DNA from: Amoebophrya sp. A120
Lineage: Eukaryota > Protista > Dinoflagellata
Assembly (NCBI GenBank): GCA_905178155.1
Contig: CAJINV010000020.1
Location: forward strand, 372,001 to 436,000
DNA length: 64,000 bases
Direction: 5' to 3'
The translations under genes and the position numbers were made by a program. The notes under the pieces are model-generated. The model did not search any database and was not told the DNA's origin. It was given only the letters and a program-made list of their open reading frames with translations. Below, piece after piece: positions 12,215 to 26,003 of the stretch (position 1 is the stretch's first letter; each line of letters begins with the position of its first letter).

Positions 12215-15200
12215 ATGTCGGACGACGACAGTGAGGGGGGCGGTGATAACATTTTCGCTGCTGCAGGGGATGTTGACCAAGGAGAAAAACCTGCACCGAA
12301 AGCCGTCCCGCAAGCCCGGGGGAGCATGAGCGCTCTGCTTGCGAAGTTCAACCCGTTAAGCAGCAGCAGTGGTGCAACTAAACCAGGCTCTCGAGGAGGA
12401 GCTGCGACATCAGCTGCAAGTGGAAACAATCATGCAAACAGCAGTTTTTCATCAACATCTGAGCAGCAGACGCAGGCAGCAGCAAGTCAAGAAGATAAAG
12501 AGTCCTCCGCGGGAGCTGCATCGAAAGCTTTTTCCACCTCAACCTCCGCAGCTCCGACCCACCTCCCGGCGAACTTCCAGCAGCAGTTGGAGAATTCCAA
12601 GGTCTGCTTTTGCCACAACACGCTGGAGGCCAACGTGGAGCGCGCGAAGCCCTGGGACGCGCAGACGCCGAGCGTGCTCATTGGCCACTTCTTCTTCACC
12701 TCGGCTTTCGACAGCGGGAACGGGGGGCGCATCATGCGCGTGCCCAAGCCCAAGCCGCTGTCCATGGGGTACGAACCCGTTTCGGAGGACCCGGTGTGTT
12801 ACGACCCCTGGGAATACCACGTGTGGGTCTCGCCCGACTGTGCGAACACGATTCACCAGAGCACCTGTCGGACGTGGTTCTACTTCCGGGTCACCTCGGC
12901 GGAAACAAGCTACGTGAGCGAAAAGCCCGAAGAGGAAGAAAGCGGGGGAGGACCGGCGGGCAGCGCTACTTCGGAGGGGCAGGGGAACGGAAAGAAACTG
13001 CCGCGTAATCAAGATGTAGTTTTGATGTTCATCATGGTCCGCGTGGAAGCTGTTTTTGCATCTCATGTAAAGAGTAGCGGAGGTGACAGAGCACCACGAG
13101 CTAGGACTCGAGAAACAGAAAATGCGTACGTTTTTTCGACAAACAAACCCAGGTATCCACCCCATGCACTTGGTAGTGCGCGGGATGCAGAATCAGTCGA
13201 GGCTCTACAAGGAAAACTACTCGGTCTGGATGCGGTTTGTGGACGGGCCGTGGCACCGTGTGCCAAACATGACGGGTCCGAATCCGCAGGCGGCAACTCC
13301 CCGAGCATCTGGTGTGGACCACAAACTCGGCCAGAAAATTGGGCGCATCGGAACGGCGAGCGGCGGGTCGCGGGCGTATACTTAGGTTTTTCTGGAAGGT
13401 CTCTACTAACTTCGCTGTAGTTACTCCGAACAGCCCCGAAGCTGGAGTCTTGGCTGATGCGCGTTAGCGATTCTTTTGAATCCGAGTTCGAGTCTTCTTG
13501 CATTGGCAGTCGTATTGTTTCAGCTTTTTGGTAAATTATCTTCGTAAAGCACAAATCTCATTTTTCAGTTCCACCGCCAGCGGGGAGGCGAAGACCGAGG
13601 CGCTGATGCGGCAGACCATGCAGCACCAGATCGCGCAGCAGCAGCAGGTGGAAGCGGTGTGGCACGACCCGCACCAGGGCGGGACCGGGTTGAGTTTGCA
13701 CTTCGTCGCGCCGATACCGCTGGACAGCACACCCGTGGAGTTCGCGTTCTGCGTGCCCTTTTCCCACACGGACATGGAAACTTACCTAGCGAGAATCGAG
13801 CGCCAGTTTTTAGCGTACGACAAAGCTCTCTTTGACAGAAATGCTGCGGAGGCGTGCGGCATCACGAGTGGAGGCGCAGGAGCAGCCGGAAGCAAGGAAC
13901 AAGCAGGTGGATCTTCTTCGTTCAGTAATGCTGCAGCGGCAGCCGACCAGCAGCGCCCGAAGACAACTTCCTCGGTTAGTTTTTGATTGAAGCTTTCGTT
14001 TGTTTCATCCTGTTTCTGATGAACCACTGCGGAGCCTTGTTTCTTTGTAGATCTGATGAATTTGACAGAAGTAGTGTCAATTACAATTTGAAATCAACTA
14101 TCCCGCGCAGCAACGAATCATAGAAGGCACCAAAATAAAGAACCGTTTTATATCAGGTTCCAGTAGGAAGCGCGACCGGCAACATCAAGCAAGACAACAG
14201 CCAGTCCGAAGAAAGCCAGCGGGACCGATCGTTTTCCTCCGACGGGGTCCCGGCGAGCATCCTTTCCTCTAGCTCGAAATACGCAAAAACGGGAGGGAAC
14301 TTCCGTCTCAGCGCTGCAAGCAACCCCATGAACTGGGTGCCGACGAGGCTCTTGCCCAGTTCCGCAAGCAATTCAGCCTCGAGTTCGGAAGCAGGTGCTG
14401 GGAAAAATGGTGACAGCGCGGAGAACAGTACTACTTCATCGTCTTCATCGAGGCCGTCGAGTTCTTCAAGCGTGCAACAATTATCCTCGAGCAACGTCTC
14501 CTCGTCCTCAGCCGCCGTATATGGCAGTGCCGCTGGTGGCAACGGCTTCGCGAATGGTGACACGAATCAGAATCCTTTGATAACCGGTAACAGCCTGTCC
14601 AGCAGCTCCTCAACCTCGCGGTCGTCTTCGAGAAACCGGAGCGGGTCTGCTACTTTTTCGGCCTTTTCCGTCCCCCCAGTTCCCTTCAATTTCCGGACGA
14701 TCTCAGGGCTGAACAACTTCGAATCCATCACGAAACTCGATCATCTCGACAGCGAGGAAAGGCTGTTTTTCTTCCCGTATGCATTACAAATATGTCTGGG
14801 TCTGGAAGAATGCAAGACCTGTCATGCACATTTTGCATGACCCATGATGTCTGTGATGCATGCCCTAGCATCACAGACTTTTTGAGGGCTTTCTGATGCG
14901 TAAAGTGCATGACAAAGGCCCTCTCCGCGTAGCACAGACTCGACTGCTCTTACTGGTCATGCAATACAAATTTTTTTGGAATCCAAATGCAGCATCACAA
15001 GTTGCCATCTTCCAGACCCAGACATGTTTGCATTTGTTGATATCCCGACGAAACAACACCACCGCGGCATGCCGATGCCGCCGAAGGGGCAGAACGTGTT
15101 TCTGCGGGTGGAGAAATTTTGCAAGAGCTTGCAGGGGAGAGACCTGTATTTGATGACGATCACGGACAAGCGGCTGTTTCAATTCGACCCGCACGAGGCA

Positions 15201-17915
15201 AAGAATCTCGGGAAATTGAACGAAGCGCTGAAACTCCGCCCGGCGTGCTTTTTATCCGCAAGAGTGCACCCCGGCGAGACGCCGGGCCAATTTGCGTGGC
15301 TGGGGATGATCCAATTCCTCCTCTCCGACGACGAACGAGCCGAAGCTTTACGGAGAGCCTTCGTGTTCCGCTGCATCCCGATTTTGAATCCCGATGGGGT
15401 CGCCTTAGGCCACTACCGCATGAACAGCCGCGGGCAGAACCTGAACCGGTTCTACTCGAAATCCTCCGCGAGCGAGCACGAGGGCGTGCACCACGCCATG
15501 CGGTTTCTGACCGAGACCTTGCGGAAAAATTTGTTTTTTTACCTAGATTTCCACGCACACGCAACTAGGCGCGGGATTTTTCTCTTCGGAAACAACGTCA
15601 CCGGGAAATCTCTACAGCTCGGGCAGGACCTGGTCGTGGAGCAAGCGTGGAACGTGACGTACAGCCAAATGGCCGCTTTGAATTCGCCGTATTTCGAGAC
15701 CGAAGGGTGCAATTTTCAAATCAAAAACCAACTCGGCGTGCCGGGAGGGAGTGGTGGGAGCGGCGGTGGAAATAATTCGAAAAATGTTCTGTCCTCGACT
15801 ACTGCTTCCAGTACCGGCGCCAGTACGCCGACGGGGGGTAGTGCTAGTGGTTCAACCGCCAATCAGAATAACGTCGGTTCGGAATTGGGAAAGGACGGAA
15901 CGGGCAGGGTCGCCGTGCACAACCACTGCAATGTGGTGCATTCCTACACGCTTGAGTGTAACTACAACAGCATCAATATCTAAGAAAAAAACTGTGTTTT
16001 TGTAGGCGTCTTGGAGTGATAGCATGACAAATATGTTCTGCATGACATCACAGAAAGCCTGTCATGCACAGCTAGCACGTGAAAACAGATTTGGAAGGAG
16101 GACGTCGTGGCTGTCTGGCATGACAAGTGTAAACTGTTTTGCATTTTTTGCATCACAGACTTTCACCTACACTCATAGGTTTTCTTTTGCATAATCAACC
16201 CGGCCTCCTCCTCTATCAAAACTCGGTGGAACGGGGGCAACTGGGATCCGGACTTCGGCCCGGTCACCTTTTTCTACGATGTGAACAGCTGGGTGCAGGT
16301 GGGGGAGGCGCTCGCGATTTCTCTACTCGACATGTACGGGCACAACTGCCGGAGTCGCTTGTTGAATCTGCGGCAAAATTCTCTGTCCGGCTACTTCGCG
16401 GACCGGCATCAGGTTTTGCGGCGCGAACTCGCTACGTTAACCAACTCTCATCCGTCGCAGGCGGCCATGGCAGCGGCAAGTCGAAAAAACAGTGTGGCGA
16501 ACGAAAGGAAGAACAATAATGCGAAGGACAATATTAAAGACGACTGGAACAGTAGCACTGCAAGCCCAACAAAGAACGGAGGTGCTGGCCAGGAGAAGGA
16601 CTCCCAAGACAAAGCGAAGACAAAAACAAAAACAAGTATCAAAGTCGCGCCCAGCGCTGCGGTCAGTATTGAGCACGTCGGTAACCACCTCTACAAGGAG
16701 CCGTGGCAGCACGGCAATAGAAACAGTTCCAATTCATCTTCCAATTCGGGTGCTGACGTCAGCACCACCGCCAGTAGTACTAACCAGAGCCGACTGAGCA
16801 GCGCGGCGAGCAGCGCCTCTTCTAGTAGTGCGAGTAGCACAAGTCAAGCGGGAGATAGGGACAACAACAGTCATCAAGCGGGCTCAGCATCAGGTTCTGC
16901 AGCGAACAATAAGGGCGGATCTTCAGCGCAACCATCTTCCATCTACCTAATGTACAACCAAAATGGCTCCGAAAACAGTACCGCGGCCCCCTCGGACACA
17001 GAGACCGCGATGTCCCAGACCGACGGGGAGGAGTACCGATGGGAGGATCTCGTGCACAAACAAGAGATCGTGCCCAAGCACATCGGGACCATGAATTTAG
17101 CTGACCTGTTGAAGCGCGAACAAGCCTGTGCCGAGAAGTGCTGCTTGTGGAAGCAGAGTAGTACTGGTGGATCAACATCATCGTCGAAGAAGGCTGCGAG
17201 CAAAATAAACGCAGCCTCGTTGCCGAAGGGATGTTTTAACGTGTTGAAGGAGCACGATAGCGTCACCAGAGTGTTGCCCGAAACACTGCAGAGGATACTT
17301 GCAAAAATCGCAGCGGAGCAGCAGAATTTGGTGGGGAGTGGTGGTGGTTCAGCATCTTCAACCGCGGGAGCAGGAGGTGGTTTGGCGGGACAGAACGCAG
17401 CAGCTCCGGGAGCCGGATTGATACAGGGTAGTAGTTCATCCAAAAGCCCACGAACAGCGACAGTGGGAGATGCCAAAGAAGCCGCAAAGATGAGCAGGCA
17501 ACCGTTTGTCACCCTTCGTGTGTCCTCCGCCTCTTCTGCTGCTGCTGCGGTGCCAGATATTACGGCGAACAAAGACGTGACCACCTCTGCAGTCGCGATA
17601 CCGCTGGTCGTCGGGGGAAAAAGTACGCAGCAGGACAATTCGTCATCGTCCGACAACTCCTACTCGACGAACCAAAAACAGCTATCCTCCACCAACCCAG
17701 AGCAACAAACCATTGTCGCGGTAACGACAAAGAAGCCCGCCGCAGGGAAGGCGAAAGCGAAACTCGCGAAGGCAGTGCGCGCGGTTTCCAGGGCGCGTAG
17801 CTTGAGCAAAAATGCGGGCAGCAAAAAGAAACCGTCAAAGGAAAAAGACGACCACGGGCCGCAGCTAAATGCGTCAGGGAATAAGGGGTCGAAGAATGGC
17901 GGGGGTGACGGGTGA
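12215..17915 (+). CDS. AGBL5: Cytosolic carboxypeptidase 5-like tubulin deglutamylase (M14D, Nna1/CCP family); exons approx. 12215-13004, 13153-13375, 13569-13974, 14157-14777, 15048-15976, 16199-17915
   Basis: FTSAFDSGN, TWFYFRV, FAFCVPFS, SARVHPGETP, NPDGVALGHYR, NLNR, DFHAHA, YTLECNYN, QVGEALAISLLD; three GT-AG introns and two introners. Confidence 0.88.
14778..15042. mobile_element. Introner family A (A1), 265 bp
   Basis: atgtctgggtctggaaga TIR; TSD TCCCG; removal gives RLFFFP-TKQHHRG. Confidence 0.95.
15977..16193. mobile_element. Introner family C, 217 bp
   Basis: tatctaagaaaaaaactgtg ... cataggttttcttttgcata; TSD ATCAA; removal gives CNYNSIN-PASS. Confidence 0.9.
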
Positions 17916-18893
17916 TGAAATTTTGAAATAATTCGGGTAAAAACCGATATGGACGACGATATTCTAGTGTACTAATTGGATCGATGAATTTTTTTTTCCG
18001 AGTTCTTTCTGCGGCAACGGTATCTAATGGCACTCGTTCTTCACATGAAGAACCCATTCATTGTATAATACATGAAAAAGATACCGGTAGCATGCACAAT
18101 TCGGAGCTCTCTTTGTTCTTAGAACTTGTTTGAGACCTTAGCCATTAAAACCTAAACCAGATTTAATCACCACACTAGCGCTCCTACTGCTGGTGCGCGT
18201 CAAAACCTTGAAAACCTATAAATTTCTTGCTTGATGATGATGTTTCTATTATACCACGACGGTACTCGGGTTCTTCTTCGATTTGCTACCAGACTTCTTC
18301 GGAGTTGCCTTCGAGAATTTAGGCTCTATGTATGAAAATCTCATGCGCGGTGTCAGAATATTCTTTTATGCCGTGTATGCTCTTCCACCCTGGTATGCAT
18401 CAAACGACGTTGTCCAAGAACGAGTACACCGCTGAACTTTTTCAAATTTTCGTCTTGTTTGCGACTTGCAGAATCATGCGCAAGTCCAAGGAAAAACAAA
18501 AACAAGGTAAAATCGCGGACAGTTGTCTTGAACTCCTTAGTTTCAAGAATTGCGACCTTATTTTCAGGTTCGGAGTCGTGTGTGAGAATATGAACTTTAT
18601 TCTGCGCGACCGTCGTTGATCTTTTACTTTTAGTTTTACTGAGTGACAAAGACGCACACGCACTAAGTTATTGTGCTTCGGCTCACGAGTGCGAAAAATA
18701 AAGGAAGTCTTCACCGGAGTTGTCTTTGAGTTGTGCGGAAAGGAAGACGGGAGGGGTGAGAGCATTTATTTTGTGCAAAAAGAGACAATCTCGTCGTGGT
18801 CGTCAGAAAAAAAATGCGGATGTTTTTTATTTGTGATGGTTCTTCATCTTCTAGAGAGTAGAGACTCACTTTTATCGTGCTTTTCTTACAAAA

Positions 18894-21800
18894 ATGCGTA
18901 GGCCCGTCTTGGAGGAGCTCACGTCGTTTGTAGGTACAGTAGGTACAACCACTTTGGAAAAAATCCAAACCATGTCTACTTCCCCTGGAGCGGCCAACGC
19001 CGCTGTGGAGCAGCGTTTCTTCGACATGCTGGATGCAGATGTGAAACGGCTCGGCTCCACAACGGAAACGGAAGAGCCGGAGCGGACAAGCTTTGTAAAA
19101 GAGGCGGCTACAACAACTTCTGCAAAGGACCACGATATTTTCACCTCTAGTAGTTCACCTGCCTCCCTCCCCCTTTCCGACCACTCCGCGTCCCAGCTGG
19201 TGACGCTGATTACGAAGAAGACCGCCGAGGTTGAGGAAGCGGCGCAGTCGTGGACCCGGAGGCTGATGGCGCACCGTAGCACGGGGATGGCGAACCAGGG
19301 CGGGACTAACAGTATTAGTACTGCCGGTGTAAGTCCGGCGCTGCACCAGCTGGCCCTGTCCTCTGGGCTGTTCCACAGTGAGGGAGATGGTAACAACTAC
19401 CCGGAAGATGACGAGGGATTGTATCACCCTCGCGCTGCGAGAGAAAAATTCGGGAACACGGCGACCGGTGCGACAAGTGGCACAACTACTGGTTCCTCTT
19501 CTTTGACAACTACGACCATGAATCCTGGTATTTCATCCGTCCGCCCCGCCCCGGCCGCGGACGACATCCTCGACGCGCCGCCTCCGTATGGATTGCAAAA
19601 ATGTCTTTGTCGGGAAGATTGCAGCTTCTCATGCTGAATCCGAATCATGCAAAAGTCTGTGTTGCATGAGTGCCAAAAGCTGTCCACTTTCGACCAAGTT
19701 GGGACGGAGTTTCTCATGCAGGATAGGCATGAAAGAGACATCACAGACTCTGTCATGCTAGGTCCCGCATTCCAGACCTCAAGGGTCATGGAAAACCTGC
19801 ATGACAAGTTCACACTCTTCCAGACCTAGACATTTTTGCATTTCATACCCTGTTGAGCAAGCTGATGACCTCCGCGTCCAGCAGCGTGTCTGCGCGGGCG
19901 AGCCGGTTCAGCAGTGGTTCTTACCAGGGCGGTCAGGAGGTGGGGACTAGCGGCTCTTCTGCAATCAATTCTGCGGTTGTACTAGCTAGTGGGGCGAACA
20001 ATGCTAATCAAAAACAAGAGCCAAAAATCTCCTGGATGACCAGACTTGTTCCATCATCAGCATCTTCCGCGGATCTACAAAGTAAATCCTCGCCGAACAA
20101 AGCTGCGATATTGTTTCCCAGTTCGACCTCTTCCTCCCCATCGAAGTTCCCGCAGCACTTTCGCAACCCCGCACACGAGGCGTATAACCACGCTCTGGAG
20201 TTCTATCCAGGAGCTGCTCCCGGCGGCGAGAGGAATACTAAGTCCCAATCGGGCGAAGACTTTTCCACGACCTGCGCCAGCTCGTCCAAGGGGAGTTCCT
20301 CGAGTAATTTCCGGAACACGATTCTCGATCAGCAAAATTTGCTGCTCACAGGAACGACATCGAACACAGTTCTGGGAGGAAATAACTATCGCGAGGAGGA
20401 CCAAGCTGCAGCTGGTGGGCTTCTTCACTACAATCAGGAAAAATCGCTTGCGACGTTTTACAATCCGAAGATCTTCGACTACCAGAAAGAGGAGGAACTT
20501 TACGCGCAGAATCTGCAACTACTACAGTCGAGGTCCAGCACTGCAAGTTCCACCGGAGGGGGAGCCGGTAATATGAATAACGTCTTCGCTGGAGCAGGAA
20601 CATCAAGCGGTGGTCGTCCAAAGTCCAGCTTTGGCACGACGACAGTCGCGACGGTTTTACCCGGTTCTAGCGACCAAGAAGATATACTGGGCGTTTCCAT
20701 GTCCGCAGGGACAACTTCTGCTGCAACGAAGGCTGGCAGTATTGGAACAATCACAGCATCAAATCTCTTGATGTCCCCGTCTGCCTCGAAAGCCGTTCTT
20801 GCAGGGGGCACGTCGAGTAGCTCTTCCTCTTTCCGTGATTATCGGCGAAAAAGTCCCTTTCTCGGGCGGGCACGGGAAGCTGCACGGGCGGAAGCGTTGA
20901 GGGCGGCCGCGGTTGCGGAGCAGGCGGAAATTGTGTCCTTGCGAGATGAGCAAAGTGGCACGGTTTTTTCACGCGCAGAGGCCGCACGGGGATCGAAAAG
21001 TATACTTTGACGGGTTTTCGTTTTCTTTTGGGCGTCGAAGATTCATATGTTCTTGTGCCTGTTGCATGGTAAGTAAATAGCCGGTCGTTTTTGCTACATG
21101 CTTGCTTGCTTGTACGGAGTTCCTACTCGTGAAGACACCACTCTTACTCATTTATTCCTGTGATTCCTATCAACAGACGCCACGAGATCCTCTGCCTCCT
21201 CATCGCACCAACTCGGAGATGGACATCAACAGTCTCCAGCGGGTGGAGGTCTCTACTGGTCAACCAAGCGCACCTCGTCTCCTTCCAAAAACCTGCATTT
21301 TGCGAGCCTGAACAGCGACCGGTATTTGTCCAATATGTACAGCACCAGCCCGAGCAAGAAGTATGACGGGGACATTCTAGGTTACAGCAAGAACCACCTG
21401 AATGTCATGCGCCGGGAAAACGGCGCGGACATTTTGGAATACGCAGCGAGGACATCACGTTATGGGATATCGCAAGAGCTACCGGCTGCAGGAGACGACT
21501 TCGCCGAGGCAGAGGCCCAACGACTTCTTTTTCTTGCGAAAATGCAAGGGGCGGAAGGAGTTTCTCCGAACGGAAATCAAAAGCAACGCACACCGCTGTA
21601 CCAAATTCCTCCATTGCCGCCACCAGCGCAGCTGTCTTCTCATGGTGCCTCCGCGTCCTCGAAGAAGCAGAACAACTTTCCCAAGCCTGAGTGGTCTCCG
21701 GAAATTGATAAGTTTTTGCAGTCCACCTCTGTTTCGAGCAGCAGGTCTGGTGCAGGAGAACAGCAGCAGCTGCAGCTCCGCTTGAAACAAGCACAGGAAA

Positions 21801-22642
21801 ATAACCCGCCGCTCGGGCATTCGCAGCTGATGATTCCCGGCAGTATTAGCAAAGTGTCCGGGGCGGGGACCCCTTCTGCGACCCCAGGACTACAGCACGA
21901 GCCGTTGACTATGAGCAGCAGAGTGCTGTCTGCGCCGACGTCGACGTCGTATACCGGACAACTGGTGGCGCACATGGGAGGTGGAGCAGGAAGTTATAGA
22001 GGGCAAACTAACAGTATGAGTATTCGGTTGCAAGACCAATACCCTCCGGCGCATTCCGCTTTTGATAATTCAATAATCTCCACACCCTACGAGGAATATG
22101 CGTCGAGGCCCTACGCGGTTTCCAATTCGTCGAGGCAGTTGCTACAACTCCAGCAGAACAACATGCTGAACCAGTCTACAACTTCACAGCCCTTTCGCTC
22201 TGCGTCGTCCAGCAGAGGCGTGCTCGGACCGAGAAGATTCTCAACCGAGCAGGAGAATCTTGATTTAGATCAGCAGGAGCTTTTTTACGACCCCTCCCGC
22301 GTGTACGTGGATCACGGGCGAAAATACGACGAACCGCCGAAACGCAGTCCGCGCTGGTGGGAGACGGAGTTCAAACCGCCCGCGAGGGTCGTTTCGAGCG
22401 CCTCGCGCTGCACGACGCCGGCTGCTGGCGGTGTGCACAGCGGAATGATGAGTCACGCATTATCTGCTTCTGCTTCGTACAGTGCCTGTAGCACCCCGGG
22501 ACTGCTGGCCCGGAAGCGCAGCAGCGGTAATATCATTTTCCCGGGCACCCCGAGCGTTGCGGGGGGCGCCTTGCAAACCGCGAGGAGCACCAGTGGTTCG
22601 GTCAGCGGCAGCACGAGCTTGGGGCGCAGCTCCAGGTATTAG
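18894..22642 (+). CDS. Large Ser/Gly-rich low-complexity hypothetical protein (3 exons)
   Basis: ORFs 18894, 19853 and 21326 join in frame via introner 19587-19847 and a GT-AG intron near 21000-21176. Confidence 0.6.
19587..19847. mobile_element. Introner family A (A2), diverged
   Basis: Homologous to 9303-9563; imperfect TSD CTCCG/CCCTG; removal of element plus 5 nt restores the frame. Confidence 0.88.
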
Positions 22643-23609
22643 TATACATAGTAAAAGTCGATACCTTAGATTTATTTGCAAAAGAAAACCCCCGCTCTTA
22701 CTTTGAAGGATATTTGTGAGTCAGAGGCTGGCAGTCTCGTGTTGAAGTTGAAGTTTTGAAAAATTTATTTTCAGTTCCATTGATAAAAATCGCAGGCGGC
22801 GCAGCCGTAGCTCCTCCAAGCGAGCTCGAACGCCAACGGTAGCTCCGCCGGTCCTGGACGGGAAACCACTGCATGCGTATTGACTGGAGTTTACTTTGTA
22901 TTCGTTGATTTTTTTGCATGATTCATGCACGGAATATAAAACATACTGCAGTGTACTTGTGAACTCACTAAATTCATCAATCAGATTCCACGCACCCGCT
23001 CCGGCCGGAACCTGGGGCCCGTCCCTTGTCAAGCTGAACACGCACATCTACCCGGAGCAGCGACTGACACGTAGTTAATTACTCTTAGGTAGTTAGTGAC
23101 GAAGCGCTGGCTATTCCAACTCAGAGCACGCCTGTGCTACAAATTTGCTTTTCGTTTTTGATTTTGTGCAGCACCACTTCGGAAATCTATATGTGCAAAA
23201 AAAAACCTAATCCGTAAAACTACAGGGCACAAAGACAAAGTGTACGACAAAGTCACCGACGCGCACTTTAAAGTTCCGCTAAACCCCCGGAGTTTCCAGC
23301 AGCACAGCGAGGCCATGCGAAAGTTCCGACACCAGACGCGGGATCGGGGCTGGGTGCCGTGATAGGGTTAAACTGCCCCCTCGTTGCTCCGTTTTAACGG
23401 TTTTTTGACGAACACGGACTACATCTACGACAGCCTTGAGCATTGCTGACTACAACAGCCTTGAGCTTTGGATGAAAATTGAATGCCTCCTCACTGACAA
23501 CGCGCGTATGGTTTTTATTGAATCGCGAAGTAATATGAAAGACGCAAATCTGATCAAACAGAGGGGGAATAGATGAGCCAGCTCCCAGTACTTTTCAGGC
23601 CATTTTTCT

Positions 23610-24584
23610 TATGGGGTCGTCAACGTTGTATTTGCCTCAGACCGTAAAAAAAATTCTGCGCGCATTTTTTCGCGGCGCAAAGCTAGTAAACCTGTGCACG
23701 CTAGTGAGGGGCTGACTTGAACGCGGTTTGTTTTAGCTAGCTTGTCAGCAGCAGTGCTCTAGTAGGTAAGTGAGTATTGACGCGAAGGGGGGTGGGGCGC
23801 TGGGGGTTCTTCTGTGGCTGATGTTTTCACCTAGAAAACGCCGGGCGCGCGCAATATTTTGCTCCGCTTCCCCGATTGCTCTCTCCGTGCAGGTATTTGC
23901 CGCTATGGCCTGGATCAGCGTGTGAGGCTGGCGCCCCGAGAGATGTCTACACAGGCCCTGGCCTCGTCGTCTCTAGCGGGCACCACGCATATATGTTGGC
24001 CGCGAAGGCCTTTCCGGAGCCCTTCCAAAAAGGGGGGGCCGGAGGGGTGCCCGGAACCCTAAAAAAAAGCCTATTGATTTTTCTTCGAATCACGATGGTG
24101 CTACCCCTCCCCAAAAGGGGTCCCGGAACCCCTCTGGGAACCCTTCCCGAAAGGCTCTCGGGCTTTTCGCATTTTGACGAAAAAGCCGCAAAGGCAAAAA
24201 GCGCGCGCGCCTGCCGGTACACGCGCGCACAGTTGCGCCAACTTAGAAACAAGGGAAGGCGCAGCCGCGGCCGGTTCCGTTTGCGCCCTCGACTCCGACC
24301 GACTTGCACAGATTGAGGCCCATTGTCTAGCGGCTGGACTGCAAGAGGACCTGCTGCAGCACCTCCAAGCTGCAGGGGCACTCCGAGGCAACTCCGTGGA
24401 GCAGCAGCGCCGGATAGCTCCGTCTTTAGCCACTGAGAAGGGCTGCGAAGAAGCTAACTAGGTCATTAGGTGTGCAACACAGTGGGGGGCTATACGTGTG
24501 CAACATGATGGATATCAAATACAAAAAAAGGCGCGCGGAACATTTTTTACAGCTTGAGGCAAATACAAGTTTGACGACGCCATA
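23610..24584. mobile_element. Intergenic 975-bp non-autonomous TIR DNA transposon with introner-type ends
   Basis: About 60-bp TIR tatggggtcgtcaacgttgtatttgcctcagaccgtaaaaaaaattctgcgcgc vs reverse complement tatggcgtcgtcaaacttgtatttgcctcaagctgtaaaaaatgttccgcgcgc; TSD TTTCT (23605-23609, 24585-24589). Confidence 0.88.
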
Positions 24585-24679
24585 TTTCTCGCGGACTTGT
24601 GTTCTTGACTAAGCGCGGATGTGTGCTCATTTTTCCCGAGTGTATTCTAGTGGTATTGTTCGTTGACCTTCAGCCTCGG

Positions 24680-26003
24680 TATGGCCATGTATGGTGGTAC
24701 GTATCCGCACTTTAGCGATCTACTTCAATGCCTTTATACGACTGCAGAAGACCACAACGCGGCGCAAAACGCTGCCCCGGGGGCCGCAGCCATGCGAACC
24801 AGGCCGAGCTGACCCGCCGCGGCGTTGACCTGAGGGAGGAGGTTTCGCGCCGTTCCTACCTGCGGCGCCGACCACGCAGCGCCGCGGCCCCCCCCGCCGG
24901 CCGCGGAAAGCGTACGCACCTCCCGACGCGGCAAACTCCTGACCGAGTTGCTGCGCGGCTATTGCAGCGCCCTGCTTTTCAGTTTGACGCGTGGAGGCGA
25001 GGCCGCCCTGCCCGAAGTTTCGCCGGAAAGCAATGCCCTGCGAGGCCCGCTGCGGTGCTTCTTGCGCGATCGGCGCGAGCGATGCCCCCAAGGATTTCGC
25101 TGGTGGCGCGCTCGCTCCCCGAGCCCCCCGTGCGGCGCAGACTCCCAACACAAGAATAATCGAAGCGAAAGGAGCGGACTTCTCGACGGAGGTCACGCGG
25201 GCCAAAGAAAAAGAAACCCCGGAGGGCTCGCCGGCGTATTGGGCGAGTATTTATCGGCCGGCGCCTTCCTGAGTTCATTCAGGACGCTGCGCGCAAGGCG
25301 GCACGGAGGCGCCAAAACAGAGGGGCGCCCTGTGGCTCGAGTGTGTCGGGGAAGCGAGGAGGGAGCTGGGTTCCTAGGGCCCTCAGAACGATGCGTGGCC
25401 CGGAATGAAAGCGAAGGCGGGAAGCGGGCCCGGGTACTCTACGAACACGGGACGGGGGCCCCTGTCACGATAGAGCAGCTTGCCGGGTCCTACATGAGGC
25501 GCGAGGGCGAGAGGCCGCATAAGGGCCCAGTCGTGCAGCTGCGGCGTCCAGGCGATGCCCTCCGCGGTGCTGTGCCGCCAGAACAAGGAACGCAAGCGCG
25601 GGCCCTCCTCGGGCCTCCTGCTCCAGGGCCGGCATTTAGCAAGCCAGCGCGCGGTGGCTCAGCATGCCGACGCGCGTCAGGCGGCGGGGCCGCCGCCGGG
25701 TGAAAGTCAGCGCACGCCGCCCGCGCCTGGGGCCCGCCGCCCGCCCTTCGGGGGCGGGGTGCGGTGCGTGCGATGCGGCCGCCGCCGGCGCTCGCACGCG
25801 CGGGCCACCAAGCCGTGCCGCGCGGCCAAGGGTAAGTAGCGCCCGCCCAGGGCTTTGCAATTCATCGGTGCGGCCGGGCGCGCCCTGTCTCCGGCCGCGT
25901 GTTCGGGCGTTTGCGCGCCGGTCCGGGGAGCCGGACCGGAGGGCCGCGCCCAGTGAAAAGCATCGGCGTGAACTCGCGACCGCCGCCTATGCGGCTGGCT
26001 ATA
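24680..26003. mobile_element. Candidate old, GC-rich TIR element
   Basis: Abrupt GC-rich block bounded by tatggcca... / ...tggctata with weak further inverted similarity; flanks CTCGG/TTTGG. Confidence 0.4.

Noticed and set aside
23424-23468. Short duplication ctac(g/a)acagccttgagc
   Set aside because: Two copies only, intergenic, no functional indication
24948-25703. 251-aa ORF as an intact transposase
   Set aside because: No recognisable DDE or DNA-binding motif; ORF length is explained by high GC content
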